64,000 nt of DNA from Myxococcota bacterium (lineage in GTDB: Bacteria; Myxococcota; JACRCW01): the NCBI GenBank assembly GCA_040752415.1, contig JBFMGU010000018.1:1-64000 (forward strand), written 5' to 3'. The notes under the pieces were generated by a model, which searched no databases, was not told the DNA's origin, and saw only the letters and a program-made list of their open reading frames with translations. Every line of letters starts with the position of its first letter. Position 1 is the first letter of the stretch. The position numbers were made by a program, and so were the translations under genes. This document shows, one piece after another, positions 20,469 to 30,197 of this stretch.

Positions 20469-21446
20469 TCAAACGCCACTGGGATGTGCGGTGCCCGACG
20501 GAAAGTCGTCGTGACGTCGTGCTGCGCGCCGGGTGCGGACCCAGGACGCCAGGACCGACCCAACCAGCAGCGCCACCACCGTGCCCAGGGAGACCAGCAC
20601 GGGAATCTTCACCCACTCCGAGATGGCCAGCTTCACCCCCACGAACACCAGCACCAGCGCCAGGCCGGGCTGCAGGTAGAAGAACCGCTCCGCCATGTTG
20701 GCCAACAGGAAGTACAGCGAGCGCAGGCCCAGCACGGCAAAGATGTTCGACGTGAAGACGATGAAGGGATCGTCGGTGATGGCCAGGATGGCCAGGATGG
20801 AATCCACCGCGAACACCACGTCGGTGGTCTCCACGAGCAGCAGCACGCTGAACAGCGGGGTGGCCTTCAGCACGCCGTCCTCCCGCGCAAACAGACGGCT
20901 GCCGTGCTCACCGCGGGTGGTGGGAACAATCCGCCGCAGCAGGCGGAACGCCCGGCTCCGCTCGGGATGGGGCGCGCCCTGGTGACGTCGCAGCATCTTG
21001 ACGCCGGAGGCCACCAGCACCGCGCCAAACACGTAGACCACGGCATGGAACGTGTGGAGCAGCGCAGCCCCGCCCAGCACCATGGCCAGGCGCAGCACAA
21101 TGGCACCCAGCACACCCCAGAACAGCAGCCGGTGCTGGTACGCCGCGGGGACCTGGAAGGCGGTGAAGATCGCGTAGAAGACGAACAAGTTGTCGACGGA
21201 GAGCGCCTTCTCGATCACGTAGCCGGTGAAGAACGCTTCGGCGTGCTCGGCGCCCCAGTGCCACCAGACCAGGCCGTTGAAGGCCAGCGCCAGGGCAATC
21301 CACACCGCGCTCCACGTGGCGGCTTCCCGGCTGGTGACCGCGTGGGCTCGTCGGTGGAACACCCGCAGGTCCAGCACCAGCATCGCCGTGATGAACGCGC
21401 CGAACAGCAGCCACAGCGTCGGTGAGCCCACGGTCTCGAAAGCCAT
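20469..21446 (-). CDS. TerC/Alx family membrane protein
   Basis: GYVIEKALSVDNLFVF, QHRLLFWGVLGA, ETTDVVFAVDSI, FTSNIFAVLGLRSLYF. Confidence 0.93.
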   Translation of the reverse strand: MAFETVGSPTLWLLFGAFITAMLVLDLRVFHRRAHAVTSREAATWSAVWIALALAFNGLVWWHWGAEHAEAFFTGYVIEKALSVDNLFVFYAIFTAFQVPAAYQHRLLFWGVLGAIVLRLAMVLGGAALLHTFHAVVYVFGAVLVASGVKMLRRHQGAPHPERSRAFRLLRRIVPTTRGEHGSRLFAREDGVLKATPLFSVLLLVETTDVVFAVDSILAILAITDDPFIVFTSNIFAVLGLRSLYFLLANMAERFFYLQPGLALVLVFVGVKLAISEWVKIPVLVSLGTVVALLVGSVLASWVRTRRAARRHDDFPSGTAHPSGV

Positions 21447-21604
21447 GTCGCCGGATGTAACGGAAGGACGCAGGCCCCACCCGCCTCCGTCCGCGCTGGA
21501 GGTGGCGACGCGCGCTCTGCGTCACGACGGCCGGCCGTCCCGTCTCAACTTCCGCCGGTGCCTCGACCGACGGTGACGATCACCTGCACGCGCAGCCGAC
21601 GTTG

Positions 21605-22120
21605 CTACTGCTTCGGCTCGAAGGTCAGCGCCGCGGAGTTGATGCAGTATCGCAGCCCGGTGGGCGCGGGTCCGTCGTCAAACACGTGCCCCAGGTGGCC
21701 GCCGCACCGGCTGCACAACACCTCGGTGCGCACCATGCCAAAGGAGCGGTCGCTCTCCTTGTCCACCATCCCCTCGGCAATGGGCTGCGTGAAGCTGGGC
21801 CAACCCGTCCCGCTGTCGAACTTGTGCTCGGAGGAGAACAGCTCCTGGCCGCAGGCCGCGCACCGGTAGATGCCCTTCTCGTGGTTGTTCCAGTACTTGC
21901 CGGTGAAGGCGCGCTCGGTGCCCTTCTCACGCAGCACGTGGAACTGCTCCGCGGTCAGGACCTTGCGCCATTCCTCGTCGGACTTCACCACCTTGCCGGT
22001 GGCGGCGCCCCCGTTGCTGGCCACCGCGGCGGTCGGCTTCACGTCGGGAGTCACCTCGGCGGCACGGCACGCCGTCGTCGCCAGGCCAAGGGTCAGGAAC
22101 ATGGTACCGAGGTAACGCAT
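21605..22120 (-). CDS. msrB: Peptide-methionine (R)-S-oxide reductase with signal/lipoprotein peptide
   Basis: [46 protein letters not shown]-terminal LATTAC. Confidence 0.95.
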   Translation of the reverse strand: MRYLGTMFLTLGLATTACRAAEVTPDVKPTAAVASNGGAATGKVVKSDEEWRKVLTAEQFHVLREKGTERAFTGKYWNNHEKGIYRCAACGQELFSSEHKFDSGTGWPSFTQPIAEGMVDKESDRSFGMVRTEVLCSRCGGHLGHVFDDGPAPTGLRYCINSAALTFEPKQ

Positions 22121-22301
22121 CCGCCCTCCCGCCCTTCACGGGCATCACGCAGTTGTATGACGCGACTACGATGCTTCAACCCGTCGCCGGGATTCTTCCC
22201 CTGGAGCGTGGCCACCATGTCCTGCAAGGTGGGCGTGACCGTGGCCACAATCCGCGTGCGGTGGTCATCCCGGTCCCGTAACGTCGAGGTCTGGGAACGC
22301 C

Positions 22302-23282
22302 ATGCTGCGTCGACGTCTCACGCTCCTGCTGACCCTTGGGCTCACCTCCACGGCGTGGGCGGACCTTCCTCCGCTCCCGCCCGTCGACGCGGGACCGCCG
22401 CTGACGGTGGCGCCCGCGCTGCTCGAGGCCTCGTTGCGCTGCACCGACGACGGGAGCCCGTGGCAGGAGCCGGTCATCCTGGTCCATGGCACCAGCGTGC
22501 TCCCCGAGGAGAACTGGGGCTGGGTCTACCTGCGGACGTTGTCCGCGCGCGGGTTGCAGGTGTGCACGGTGGCCCTGCCCGTGCGCGCCCTCGGCGACAT
22601 CCAGGAGGCCTCGCAATACGTGGTGCACGCCATCCGCACCGTGCACGCGCGCACCGGTCGACGGGTGGACGTGCTGGGGCACAGCCAGGGCGGCCTGGAG
22701 CCGCGTTGGGCGTTGAAGTGGTGGCCGGACACCCGGGACATGGTCGACGACCTGGTGACGCTGGCCACGCCGCACCACGGCTCGTGGCTCGCCAACGTCC
22801 TCTCCCCGCTGCCGTGCGCGTTGAAGGCGTGCTTGCAGATGCGGCGCGGCTCGTCGTTCCTGGAGGTGCTCAACCGTGACGACGAGACCCCGGGGGCCAT
22901 TGACTACACCAGCCTGTACAGCATCACCGACCACGCCGTGTTGCCCGCGTCCGGACAGGCCTCCGCGCTGCTGGAGGGAGCGGTCAACCTCGCCATCCAG
23001 GACGTGTGTCCGGGGCGCGTGGTGATGCACCTGGCTTTTGCGTGGGACCCGGTGGTGGTGGCGCTGGTGGTGGATGCGCTCACCCATCCCGGCGGCGTGG
23101 ACCCCGCGCGACTGCCCAAGGGCATCTGTCGTCGGATGGAGGATCCCACGCGTTATCTTTCCGACGTGGTGACGCGCGACTACCTTCGCGGCGTGGTCCG
23201 CAGCGTGCCCCTTCTTCCGCCCACCTTCGTCGAGCCCCGCCTGGCGCCCTACGTCGTGGTGGACCGCTCGAACGTGCGGTGA
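22302..23282 (+). CDS. Secreted lipase/esterase (alpha/beta hydrolase)
   Basis: Signal peptide; ILVHGT; GHSQGG nucleophile elbow; TPHHGS. Confidence 0.88.
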   Translation: MLRRRLTLLLTLGLTSTAWADLPPLPPVDAGPPLTVAPALLEASLRCTDDGSPWQEPVILVHGTSVLPEENWGWVYLRTLSARGLQVCTVALPVRALGDIQEASQYVVHAIRTVHARTGRRVDVLGHSQGGLEPRWALKWWPDTRDMVDDLVTLATPHHGSWLANVLSPLPCALKACLQMRRGSSFLEVLNRDDETPGAIDYTSLYSITDHAVLPASGQASALLEGAVNLAIQDVCPGRVVMHLAFAWDPVVVALVVDALTHPGGVDPARLPKGICRRMEDPTRYLSDVVTRDYLRGVVRSVPLLPPTFVEPRLAPYVVVDRSNVR

Positions 23283-23462
23283 GCCGCTGGCGTCGTCCGC
23301 ATCCCTGACACGCGGTTGGCGCCGTCCGCGGAAGCTGTTGATGCGTCCGCTCGGAGGCAGCGATGGCCTGGGTCTGTGAGCGCGCAGCGCGTCAAGATGC
23401 GGATGGAGCGGCACCGCGGCGCCGTTGTAGGGTGGAATCCCTTTCCAAAACGAGGTGGCAAC

Positions 23463-24791
23463 GTGGGCATCATCCAGGTCAACGCGGGCGTTCCCGGTCC
23501 CAAGAGCAAGGCGCTGATGGAGCGGCGGCAACGCGTGGTCTCGCGCGGGCTGAACACCGCGCATCCGCTGTTCATCTCCAACGCCAGCGGCGCCACCGTC
23601 ACCGACGTCGACGGGAACGTGCTTCTGGACTTCACCGGCGGCATTGGCGCGCTGAACGTGGGCCACGCGCGTCCCGAGGTGGTGAGCGCGGCCATGGAGC
23701 AGGCGCGGCGCTTCACGCACACCGCCATCCAGGTCAATGGCTATGAGGCCTACGTGGCGCTGGCGGAGAAGATCACCAGCCTGGCGCCCATCGGCGGCGA
23801 CAAGAAGGCGTTCATCGTGTCGACGGGAACGGAGGCGTGCGAGAACGCGGTGAAGTTCGCCCGCGCGTACACCAAGCGCGCCGCCATCGTCGTGTTCGAG
23901 CACGCCTTCCACGGACGCTCGCTCGGCGGGCTCTCGCTGACCAGCCGCTCCAAGCCGTACAAGGTGGGCTTTGGGCCGTTCCTGCCGGAAATCTACCGGA
24001 TGGAATACCCCACGTATTACCGGAACGGTCAGACGGAGAAGGAAGGCCTGGAGCACATCAAGGCGCGCCTCGCGGAGTTCTTCCGCACCGTCATCGCGCC
24101 GGACCAGGTGGCGGGCATCATGATCGAGCCGGTGCTGGGCGAGGGTGGCTTCCTGGTGCCGCCCACCGGGTTCATCCCGCACCTGCGCGAGGTGTGCACG
24201 CAACACGGCATCCTGCTCATCATCGACGAGGTGCAGAGCGGTTTTGCGCGCACCGGGAAGCTGTTCGCGGTGGAGCACCACGGCGTGGAGCCCGACCTCA
24301 TGACCATGGCCAAGAGCATGGCCGGTGGCTTCCCGGTGGCGGCGGTGGTGGGTCGCGCGCACATCATGGACTGCGTGGACCCCGGCGCGCTGGGCGGAAC
24401 CTATGCCGGCAACCCCATGGCCTGCGCCGCCGCGTTGGCGAACATCCAGGTCATCGAGGAGCAGAAGCTGGTCGAGCGGAGCCAGAAGCTGGGCGCGCGC
24501 CTGCGCGAGCGGCTCCTCCAGCTGCAGGAGAAGCACAAGCTCATTGGCGACGTGCGCGGCGTGGGATCCATGCTGGCCATCGAGCTGGTGAAGGACCGCG
24601 CCACCCGCGCCCCCGCCACCGACGAGACCGCCAAGGTGGTGGCCGAGTCGCGCAACCGGGGTCTGCTGCTGTTGTCCACCGGCACCTACGGCAACGTCAT
24701 CCGCTTCCTCATGCCGCTCACCATCGAGGATGCGCACCTGGATGAAGGCCTGGCCGTGCTCGACACCGCGCTCGGCCTTGCCGCCGCCTGA
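23463..24791 (+). CDS. gabT: 4-aminobutyrate aminotransferase (class III PLP-dependent)
   Basis: DFTGGIGALNVGH, IEPVLGEGG, DEVQSGFARTG, AKSMAGG, LGGTYAGNP; GTG start after GAGGTG. Confidence 0.88.
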   Translation: MGIIQVNAGVPGPKSKALMERRQRVVSRGLNTAHPLFISNASGATVTDVDGNVLLDFTGGIGALNVGHARPEVVSAAMEQARRFTHTAIQVNGYEAYVALAEKITSLAPIGGDKKAFIVSTGTEACENAVKFARAYTKRAAIVVFEHAFHGRSLGGLSLTSRSKPYKVGFGPFLPEIYRMEYPTYYRNGQTEKEGLEHIKARLAEFFRTVIAPDQVAGIMIEPVLGEGGFLVPPTGFIPHLREVCTQHGILLIIDEVQSGFARTGKLFAVEHHGVEPDLMTMAKSMAGGFPVAAVVGRAHIMDCVDPGALGGTYAGNPMACAAALANIQVIEEQKLVERSQKLGARLRERLLQLQEKHKLIGDVRGVGSMLAIELVKDRATRAPATDETAKVVAESRNRGLLLLSTGTYGNVIRFLMPLTIEDAHLDEGLAVLDTALGLAAA

Positions 24792-24947
24792 TACGACCCG
24801 TCACCTGACGTCGTCACGATAGTGGTCCCGGGACGCGAAGCCTTCACGTCCGCCCGGTGAACACCACGCGCGCTGGCTCCGGCGCCACCGAACGCTAAGC
24901 CTTCGGTTGCGGCCCCCGGTCTTCCTGCTGGCTGCGCGGAGGTTCGG

Positions 24948-25187
24948 ATGAACGGAACGTCGTCGTCCGTGGTGCGGGGCGCCCTGGGGGCGTTGCCGGT
25001 CATGCTCCTGGTCCTCCTTGGCGCGGACGGAGAGAAGGAAGCCGTGGGTCTCATCCTGCTGCTCATGTTCGCGGTGCTCTGCCCGGTGGGCGCGTACCTG
25101 GCCGTCCAGGCGGGGAAGCGCGACCCCAACGCGCGGCCGGTGAAACGACGCCGCGGGCGTGGGCACCACATCCCCTCCTACCGCTGA
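24948..25187 (+). CDS. Small two-TM hypothetical protein
   Basis: GGAGG RBS, two hydrophobic segments, basic tail. Confidence 0.5.
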   Translation: MNGTSSSVVRGALGALPVMLLVLLGADGEKEAVGLILLLMFAVLCPVGAYLAVQAGKRDPNARPVKRRRGRGHHIPSYR

Positions 25188-25346
25188 AGCTCCCCATGCG
25201 TATCCCGCCGGATGCCACCCGCACCCATCGGTCAGCGGGGCTGGGCCGGCGCGCGGATGGGAGCATGCCCCATCGGTCAGCGTTTCACTTTCCGAAACAT
25301 CCCGAAGCATTAGCCTTGGCCGCGATCTCTCACGGGAGGACGGGCC

Positions 25347-26336
25347 ATGTTCGCTCACGGGGTGTCATCAGGATGGGTGCTGGGATTCATGCTGTGCGCG
25401 ACGCCACTCTTCGCCGACACGGTGGAGACGGCGCCGGGAACCTCGCCGCAGGCGCAGCAGGACCAGGAGATGTACTCGCGCATCAAGGAGATTCGTCCGC
25501 GCTTCGGACTCAATGAAGATGTGTTGACGCCGGAGGACCGCGAGGAGCTTGCCAGGGCCGCACGCTTCCTCAAGCAGCAGGAGGGCATCCGCGCCGTCAT
25601 CTCCGGTCACGCCGACGAGCGCGGCACCGAGGAGTTCAACCTGGCGCTTGGTCAACGCCGCGCCGTGGCGGTGCGCAACTACCTGCAGGACATGGGCGTC
25701 TCCCCCGACCGCATCCAGGTGGTCACCTACGGCGAGAACCGCCCGCTCATCGCCGAGCACAACGAGGTCGCGTGGGCGGCCAACCGTCGCGCGGAGATCC
25801 ACCCGGAGGGCACGCTGGCGGTGGTTCCCGCCTCCGCGCAGGTGACACAGCAGACGCCGGTGGCACAGCCGCCTCCGGAGAAGGCCGCGCCGACGCGGCA
25901 GCAGGAACGCCAGCAGCCCACCTCCAACCACGACGGAGCGCGTGGTCGCATGTTGAGCTGGTTGCCGCTCTGGGCCGGCCCGGTGGTCATGGCGTTGGCC
26001 ATTCCCGCCGCGCTGCTGGCCATCCCGTTCCTTGCGTCCATGCTCTACCTGGGCCCCTCGGTGTGGCGCGCGCCGGTGCAGGGACAGGAGCCGCTGCTGC
26101 TGAGCGGTGGTGGTGTCGTCGGAAATGGCACCGCCAGTCCGGCCAATCTCGCCGGAAGCCTCTGGTCCGCCGCGCTGCATCCCGACCAGCGTGGTCTCTC
26201 GGTTCCCATTGCCATGGTGGGCGCGGCCGGCGTGCTGGGCGCGGGCGTGCTGGCGTTGGCCGCGTTGGCGGTGGGCGGTGGACTGTTGGGCGCTGCGTTG
26301 ATTCCCGTCGAGCAGGGCGAGCCCGAGGGGCGCTGA
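25347..26336 (+). CDS. OmpA/Pal-like peptidoglycan-binding domain protein with C-terminal hydrophobic segments
   Basis: GHADERGTEEFNLALGQRRA...TYGENRP...NRRAE; Pro/Gln linker; two TM-like stretches. Confidence 0.85.
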   Translation: MFAHGVSSGWVLGFMLCATPLFADTVETAPGTSPQAQQDQEMYSRIKEIRPRFGLNEDVLTPEDREELARAARFLKQQEGIRAVISGHADERGTEEFNLALGQRRAVAVRNYLQDMGVSPDRIQVVTYGENRPLIAEHNEVAWAANRRAEIHPEGTLAVVPASAQVTQQTPVAQPPPEKAAPTRQQERQQPTSNHDGARGRMLSWLPLWAGPVVMALAIPAALLAIPFLASMLYLGPSVWRAPVQGQEPLLLSGGGVVGNGTASPANLAGSLWSAALHPDQRGLSVPIAMVGAAGVLGAGVLALAALAVGGGLLGAALIPVEQGEPEGR

Positions 26337-26338
26337 CC

Positions 26339-27832
26339 ATGTTCCCCGCGGTCCAGAAGCACCCGCGTTACGCCACGCAGGCCCCGGTCTCCGTGCTGAT
26401 GCCGGACGACGCGGGACTGCAACGCCTCTGCCTGCACAACGTCTCCTTGGGCGGAGTGTTCGTGCGCACGCTGGAGCCGGCCGAGCCGGGCGCCACGGTG
26501 CATGTGCTCTTTGACCTGGAGGAGGCGCGCTTCAGTGCCGCGGCGCGGGTGGTGCATGTCGTCGACGAGTACGACGCGAAGGTGAAGTCCCACCCGTGCG
26601 GCATGGGATTGCAGTTCGAGTCGCTGGAGCCGCACGCGGGCGAGGCGCTGAACCGGTTGCTGATGGGGTTGCAGGACACGCCCCCGTCACAGCCCGTCGT
26701 GTCGACGTCCAACGAGGTCCCGGCTGCTCCCGACGAGCAGGTGCCTGGTGCGCCCGCGGCGTGGCCCGCGGTCGAGTCCAGGGTGCCTGCGTTGGAGGCG
26801 CCCGCGAAGCAGGAGAAGGTGGAGGCCAACGTGGAGGATCCCGGTGCGACGCTGGACGCCGCGCCGGAGGACCCTCCACCCGAAAGCACGGATGTCTCCC
26901 TCGAGCAGATTGTTGCCGAGGCGCCGGTGTCGTTGGAGCCGGTGGTTGCGGTGGCGGACGTCGTTGAGCCCACTCCGGAGCCCGCCGTCACGACGGACGC
27001 CACGCCGGTTGCGCCAGTCCAGCCCGCCTTGTCCACGGTGCTCGCCGCGGTGGAGCGCTTCCTGGCGGCGTGGGAGCGCGGTGAGCTTGGTGCCTGTCTC
27101 GGTCTTCCCCGGGATGCCACGCTGCAGGAGATGCGCGCGGTGCTCGAGTCGCTGGTGTGGATGACCTCCTCGGTCCCCGAGCACGCTTCCGACGAGGACG
27201 GTGCCCGGATCCTGAAGACCCACGCGCTCCTTCCCGGCGTGGCGCGTGAGCTCGAGCGCAAGCGGGAACCCGAGCGGAAGACGTATCTCGACGGCGCCAA
27301 GCGCATGGACACCCCCATGTTCCGAGCCATGCAGCTCGCGGCGCAGGCGGAACGGGAGGAAGAAGGCAGCCTCGTCGTGGCGCGTGATCTTCTCCGCGAC
27401 GCACTCGCGCTCGCGCCCACCAGCCAGGTGATCCGCGCACGCCTGGACCGCGTGGAACGTCTGCTGCAGGAGGAGCGTGCGCGAATGATGGTGGAGGAGG
27501 CGCTGGCCGCGGCGCAGGTGGGGAGGACTGCGGAGGCGCAGCGTCTCGCCGAGGAGGCCCGCAAGGTGTGGCACGGTCGGCTGGTGCGTCTGACCACGCT
27601 GCGTGTGCTGGAGCTGACCGGTGCGGTTCGCGATGCCATCGACGTCGCCACGGCGCTGGTGCGCGAGCATCCGCAGGAGGAGGTGGCCTGGCACGCGCTG
27701 GTCCGGCTGCAACAGCGCATTGGCCGCACCGACCTGGCACTGGAGGCCGCCGAGACGCTCGCGCGACTGCAGCCCGGGGACCTCGCCGCCGAGGTGAGAT
27801 GTCGGCGCCTGCGGAGCGCCACCCGGGTGTGA
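26339..27832 (+). CDS. PilZ-domain protein with Pro/Ala/Glu linker and C-terminal TPRs
   Basis: QKHPRY, NVSLGGVFV, ARVVHV, GMGLQF; helical repeats at the C-terminus. Confidence 0.8.
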   Translation: MFPAVQKHPRYATQAPVSVLMPDDAGLQRLCLHNVSLGGVFVRTLEPAEPGATVHVLFDLEEARFSAAARVVHVVDEYDAKVKSHPCGMGLQFESLEPHAGEALNRLLMGLQDTPPSQPVVSTSNEVPAAPDEQVPGAPAAWPAVESRVPALEAPAKQEKVEANVEDPGATLDAAPEDPPPESTDVSLEQIVAEAPVSLEPVVAVADVVEPTPEPAVTTDATPVAPVQPALSTVLAAVERFLAAWERGELGACLGLPRDATLQEMRAVLESLVWMTSSVPEHASDEDGARILKTHALLPGVARELERKREPERKTYLDGAKRMDTPMFRAMQLAAQAEREEEGSLVVARDLLRDALALAPTSQVIRARLDRVERLLQEERARMMVEEALAAAQVGRTAEAQRLAEEARKVWHGRLVRLTTLRVLELTGAVRDAIDVATALVREHPQEEVAWHALVRLQQRIGRTDLALEAAETLARLQPGDLAAEVRCRRLRSATRV

Positions 27833-27937
27833 AGCTTGGGGTTGGTCGCTGCCGTGGTGACGACGGGATGGCTGCCGCAGCACACGCCGTGCTAGGACCG
27901 CGGAGATGGCGCGTGTGTCGCCCACGCGGTGAGGCCG

Positions 27938-29242
27938 ATGGATACCCGGCAGAAGCTCCTCGTCGACCGCCTCATTGCCACGCCGGTGGCGCGTGCCTTG
28001 GCGGTGGCGGTGCGCGGCGCGGGACACGTGCTGCGCCTGGATCACGCGGTGCAACCGGAGAAGGTGCGCACCATCCTCGTCGCCAAGATCGTGGGGATGG
28101 GCAGCATCGTGCAGGCGCTCCCGTTCCTCCACGGACTGAAGCGGGAGTTCCCCAACGCGCGCATCATCTTCCTCACCGGCGTGAACAACCGCGGGCTGGT
28201 GGACCGGCTCTCCTGCGTGGACCAGGCCCTCTATCTTGACGACGGAAACTTGCTCACGTTGGGGACGGATACCGCCAGTGCGCTCGCGCGTCTGCTCGTC
28301 GGTGGCGTGGACCTGTTCTTCGACCTGGAGGTCTACTCGGGTGGCACGTCGCTGCTCGGGCTGATGAGCCTGGCGCGCAACCGCTACGGCTTCTACCGGC
28401 ACACCGCGAACTTCCGGAAGAACATCTACACGCACCTGCTCTCCTTCAACATCCGCGTGCCAGTCTCCCAGCTCTACCTGCAGCTCCTGCGCGCGGCGGT
28501 ACCCGGTGCCCAGGTGCCCACCGAGGTGCCTCCGCTCCCCGTCCGTGACGACGAGCGCGCGGGTCTCCGCGCCAGGCTGCAGCAGGCCGGTCAACCGCTG
28601 GCCGCGCAGTACGTGGTGGTCAACCCCAACGCCTCCGACCTGCTCATCGAGCGACGCTGGCCCGCGGATCACGTCGTGGAGGCGGTGGAGCGGCTGCAGG
28701 AGATGGGGCTGCAGGTGGTGCTCACCGGCGCCCGTTCCGAGGCGGCGTACGTCGGGGATATCGCGCGGCGGTGTCCCCCGGGCGTGGTGGATTCGTCGGG
28801 GCGCTTGTCGCTGGGGGAGCTGCTGGCGTTGCTGGAGGGCGCGGCGTGCGTCGTCACCAATGACACCGGGCCCATGCACCTGGCCATTGCGCTGCGTCGT
28901 CCCACGGTGTGCCTCTTTGGTCCCGGCGACCCCGACCACTACGGCACCTTCAACCGCACCACGGAGATCATCTACCGCGGCGTCGCGTGCAGCCCGTGCA
29001 TCTATGAGACCGACGTGCCGCCGTGCGCTGGCGACAACGTGTGCATGCAACAGATCACGCCGCTGGAGGTGGTGGACGCGGTGCAGCGGATGATGCGCGG
29101 TGAGCCGCCGCGCGCACGTCCGCACCGTGCCAGCATCATGATGACGGGAGAACGGGGGCAGCCGCTGGGCATGCTGGTGCAGGAGTCCGCGGTGGACCAC
29201 CCCAACGCGCCCGCGTGGCGACGTCGGGTTCGGACCGGATGA
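27938..29242 (+). CDS. Glycosyltransferase family 9 (heptosyltransferase-like)
   Basis: GMGS, RRWP, VTNDTGPMHLAIAL, LFGP, CSPC...C...C. Confidence 0.9.
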   Translation: MDTRQKLLVDRLIATPVARALAVAVRGAGHVLRLDHAVQPEKVRTILVAKIVGMGSIVQALPFLHGLKREFPNARIIFLTGVNNRGLVDRLSCVDQALYLDDGNLLTLGTDTASALARLLVGGVDLFFDLEVYSGGTSLLGLMSLARNRYGFYRHTANFRKNIYTHLLSFNIRVPVSQLYLQLLRAAVPGAQVPTEVPPLPVRDDERAGLRARLQQAGQPLAAQYVVVNPNASDLLIERRWPADHVVEAVERLQEMGLQVVLTGARSEAAYVGDIARRCPPGVVDSSGRLSLGELLALLEGAACVVTNDTGPMHLAIALRRPTVCLFGPGDPDHYGTFNRTTEIIYRGVACSPCIYETDVPPCAGDNVCMQQITPLEVVDAVQRMMRGEPPRARPHRASIMMTGERGQPLGMLVQESAVDHPNAPAWRRRVRTG

Positions 29243-30135
29243 GCGCGCGCGCCACGGTGGCGGAGGAACGTTGCGCGGTGTGTGGAGAGCTCACCCGCAC
29301 GGAAGTGCTGCAGCCCGCGTCTACCTATGCGCGCCACGGCCAATACCGGATTGCCACCTGCGCGCGGTGCGGATGCGGGCAGACCGAGCCGCGTCCGTCG
29401 ACGGAGGAACTGTCCGCGTTCTACGCGCGAGAATACCAGTACGACGCGCACCGGCTCATCGCGACGGAGAAACGCCGGCGCGCGCGCCGCATCCTGGACC
29501 ACGCGCTCGGGAACGCGCGTCGCGTGCTGGATGTGGGTTGCATGTATGGCTACCTCGTCGAGGAGGCCGTGGCGCGCGGGGCGTACGCGGCGGGTGTGGA
29601 GCTCTCCGCCGGACCGGCGCGTGAGGCGCGGGCGCGTGGCCTGGAGGTGTTCCACGGGACGCTGGAAGCCTACGCGCGCACCAACCCCGCGCCCTTCGAC
29701 CTCGTCGTGGCGCAGCATGTGCTCGAGCACGTGACGGACCCCGCGCTGTTCCTGGAGACCGCGCGGACGCTGCTGGCGCCGCAAGGCAGACTCTGCATCT
29801 GCGTTCCCAACTTCGACGCGCGGGCGCGCCGCGTCTTCCCTCGTGCGTGGGGCTGGTACCAGGTGCCGGTGCATCTGCATCACTTCACGGAACATTCCCT
29901 GCGGACCCTGCTGCAATCCCACGGATTCTGTGTCGAGGACGTGCGGCGTCGTGGCGGTGACTCGCTGTTCGTGCTCATCACGTTGGCGCAGGGCGCGGGG
30001 ATGGCGCCACGCTCGGATGCCATGGGCCCGCCGGGCCTTCTGACGCGCGCGGCGGTGCAGGCGGCCAGCACGCTGCTGCGTCCCTACTACCGCCTCGGTG
30101 ACGACGAGCTCATGGTGCTGGCCCGTCGCATCTGA
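29239..30135 (+). CDS. Class I SAM-dependent methyltransferase with N-terminal Zn-ribbon
   Basis: CAVC...CARC; VLDVGCMYG; HVLEHVTDP; VPN; HLHHF; ATGA overlap with the GT9 gene. Confidence 0.88.
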   Translation: MSARATVAEERCAVCGELTRTEVLQPASTYARHGQYRIATCARCGCGQTEPRPSTEELSAFYAREYQYDAHRLIATEKRRRARRILDHALGNARRVLDVGCMYGYLVEEAVARGAYAAGVELSAGPAREARARGLEVFHGTLEAYARTNPAPFDLVVAQHVLEHVTDPALFLETARTLLAPQGRLCICVPNFDARARRVFPRAWGWYQVPVHLHHFTEHSLRTLLQSHGFCVEDVRRRGGDSLFVLITLAQGAGMAPRSDAMGPPGLLTRAAVQAASTLLRPYYRLGDDELMVLARRI

Positions 30136-30197
30136 ACAGAAAGGCGCACCGTTTCCTGGCCTGCTCTCGCGGGTTGCTGTTAGGCTCGCGCGTCGAC

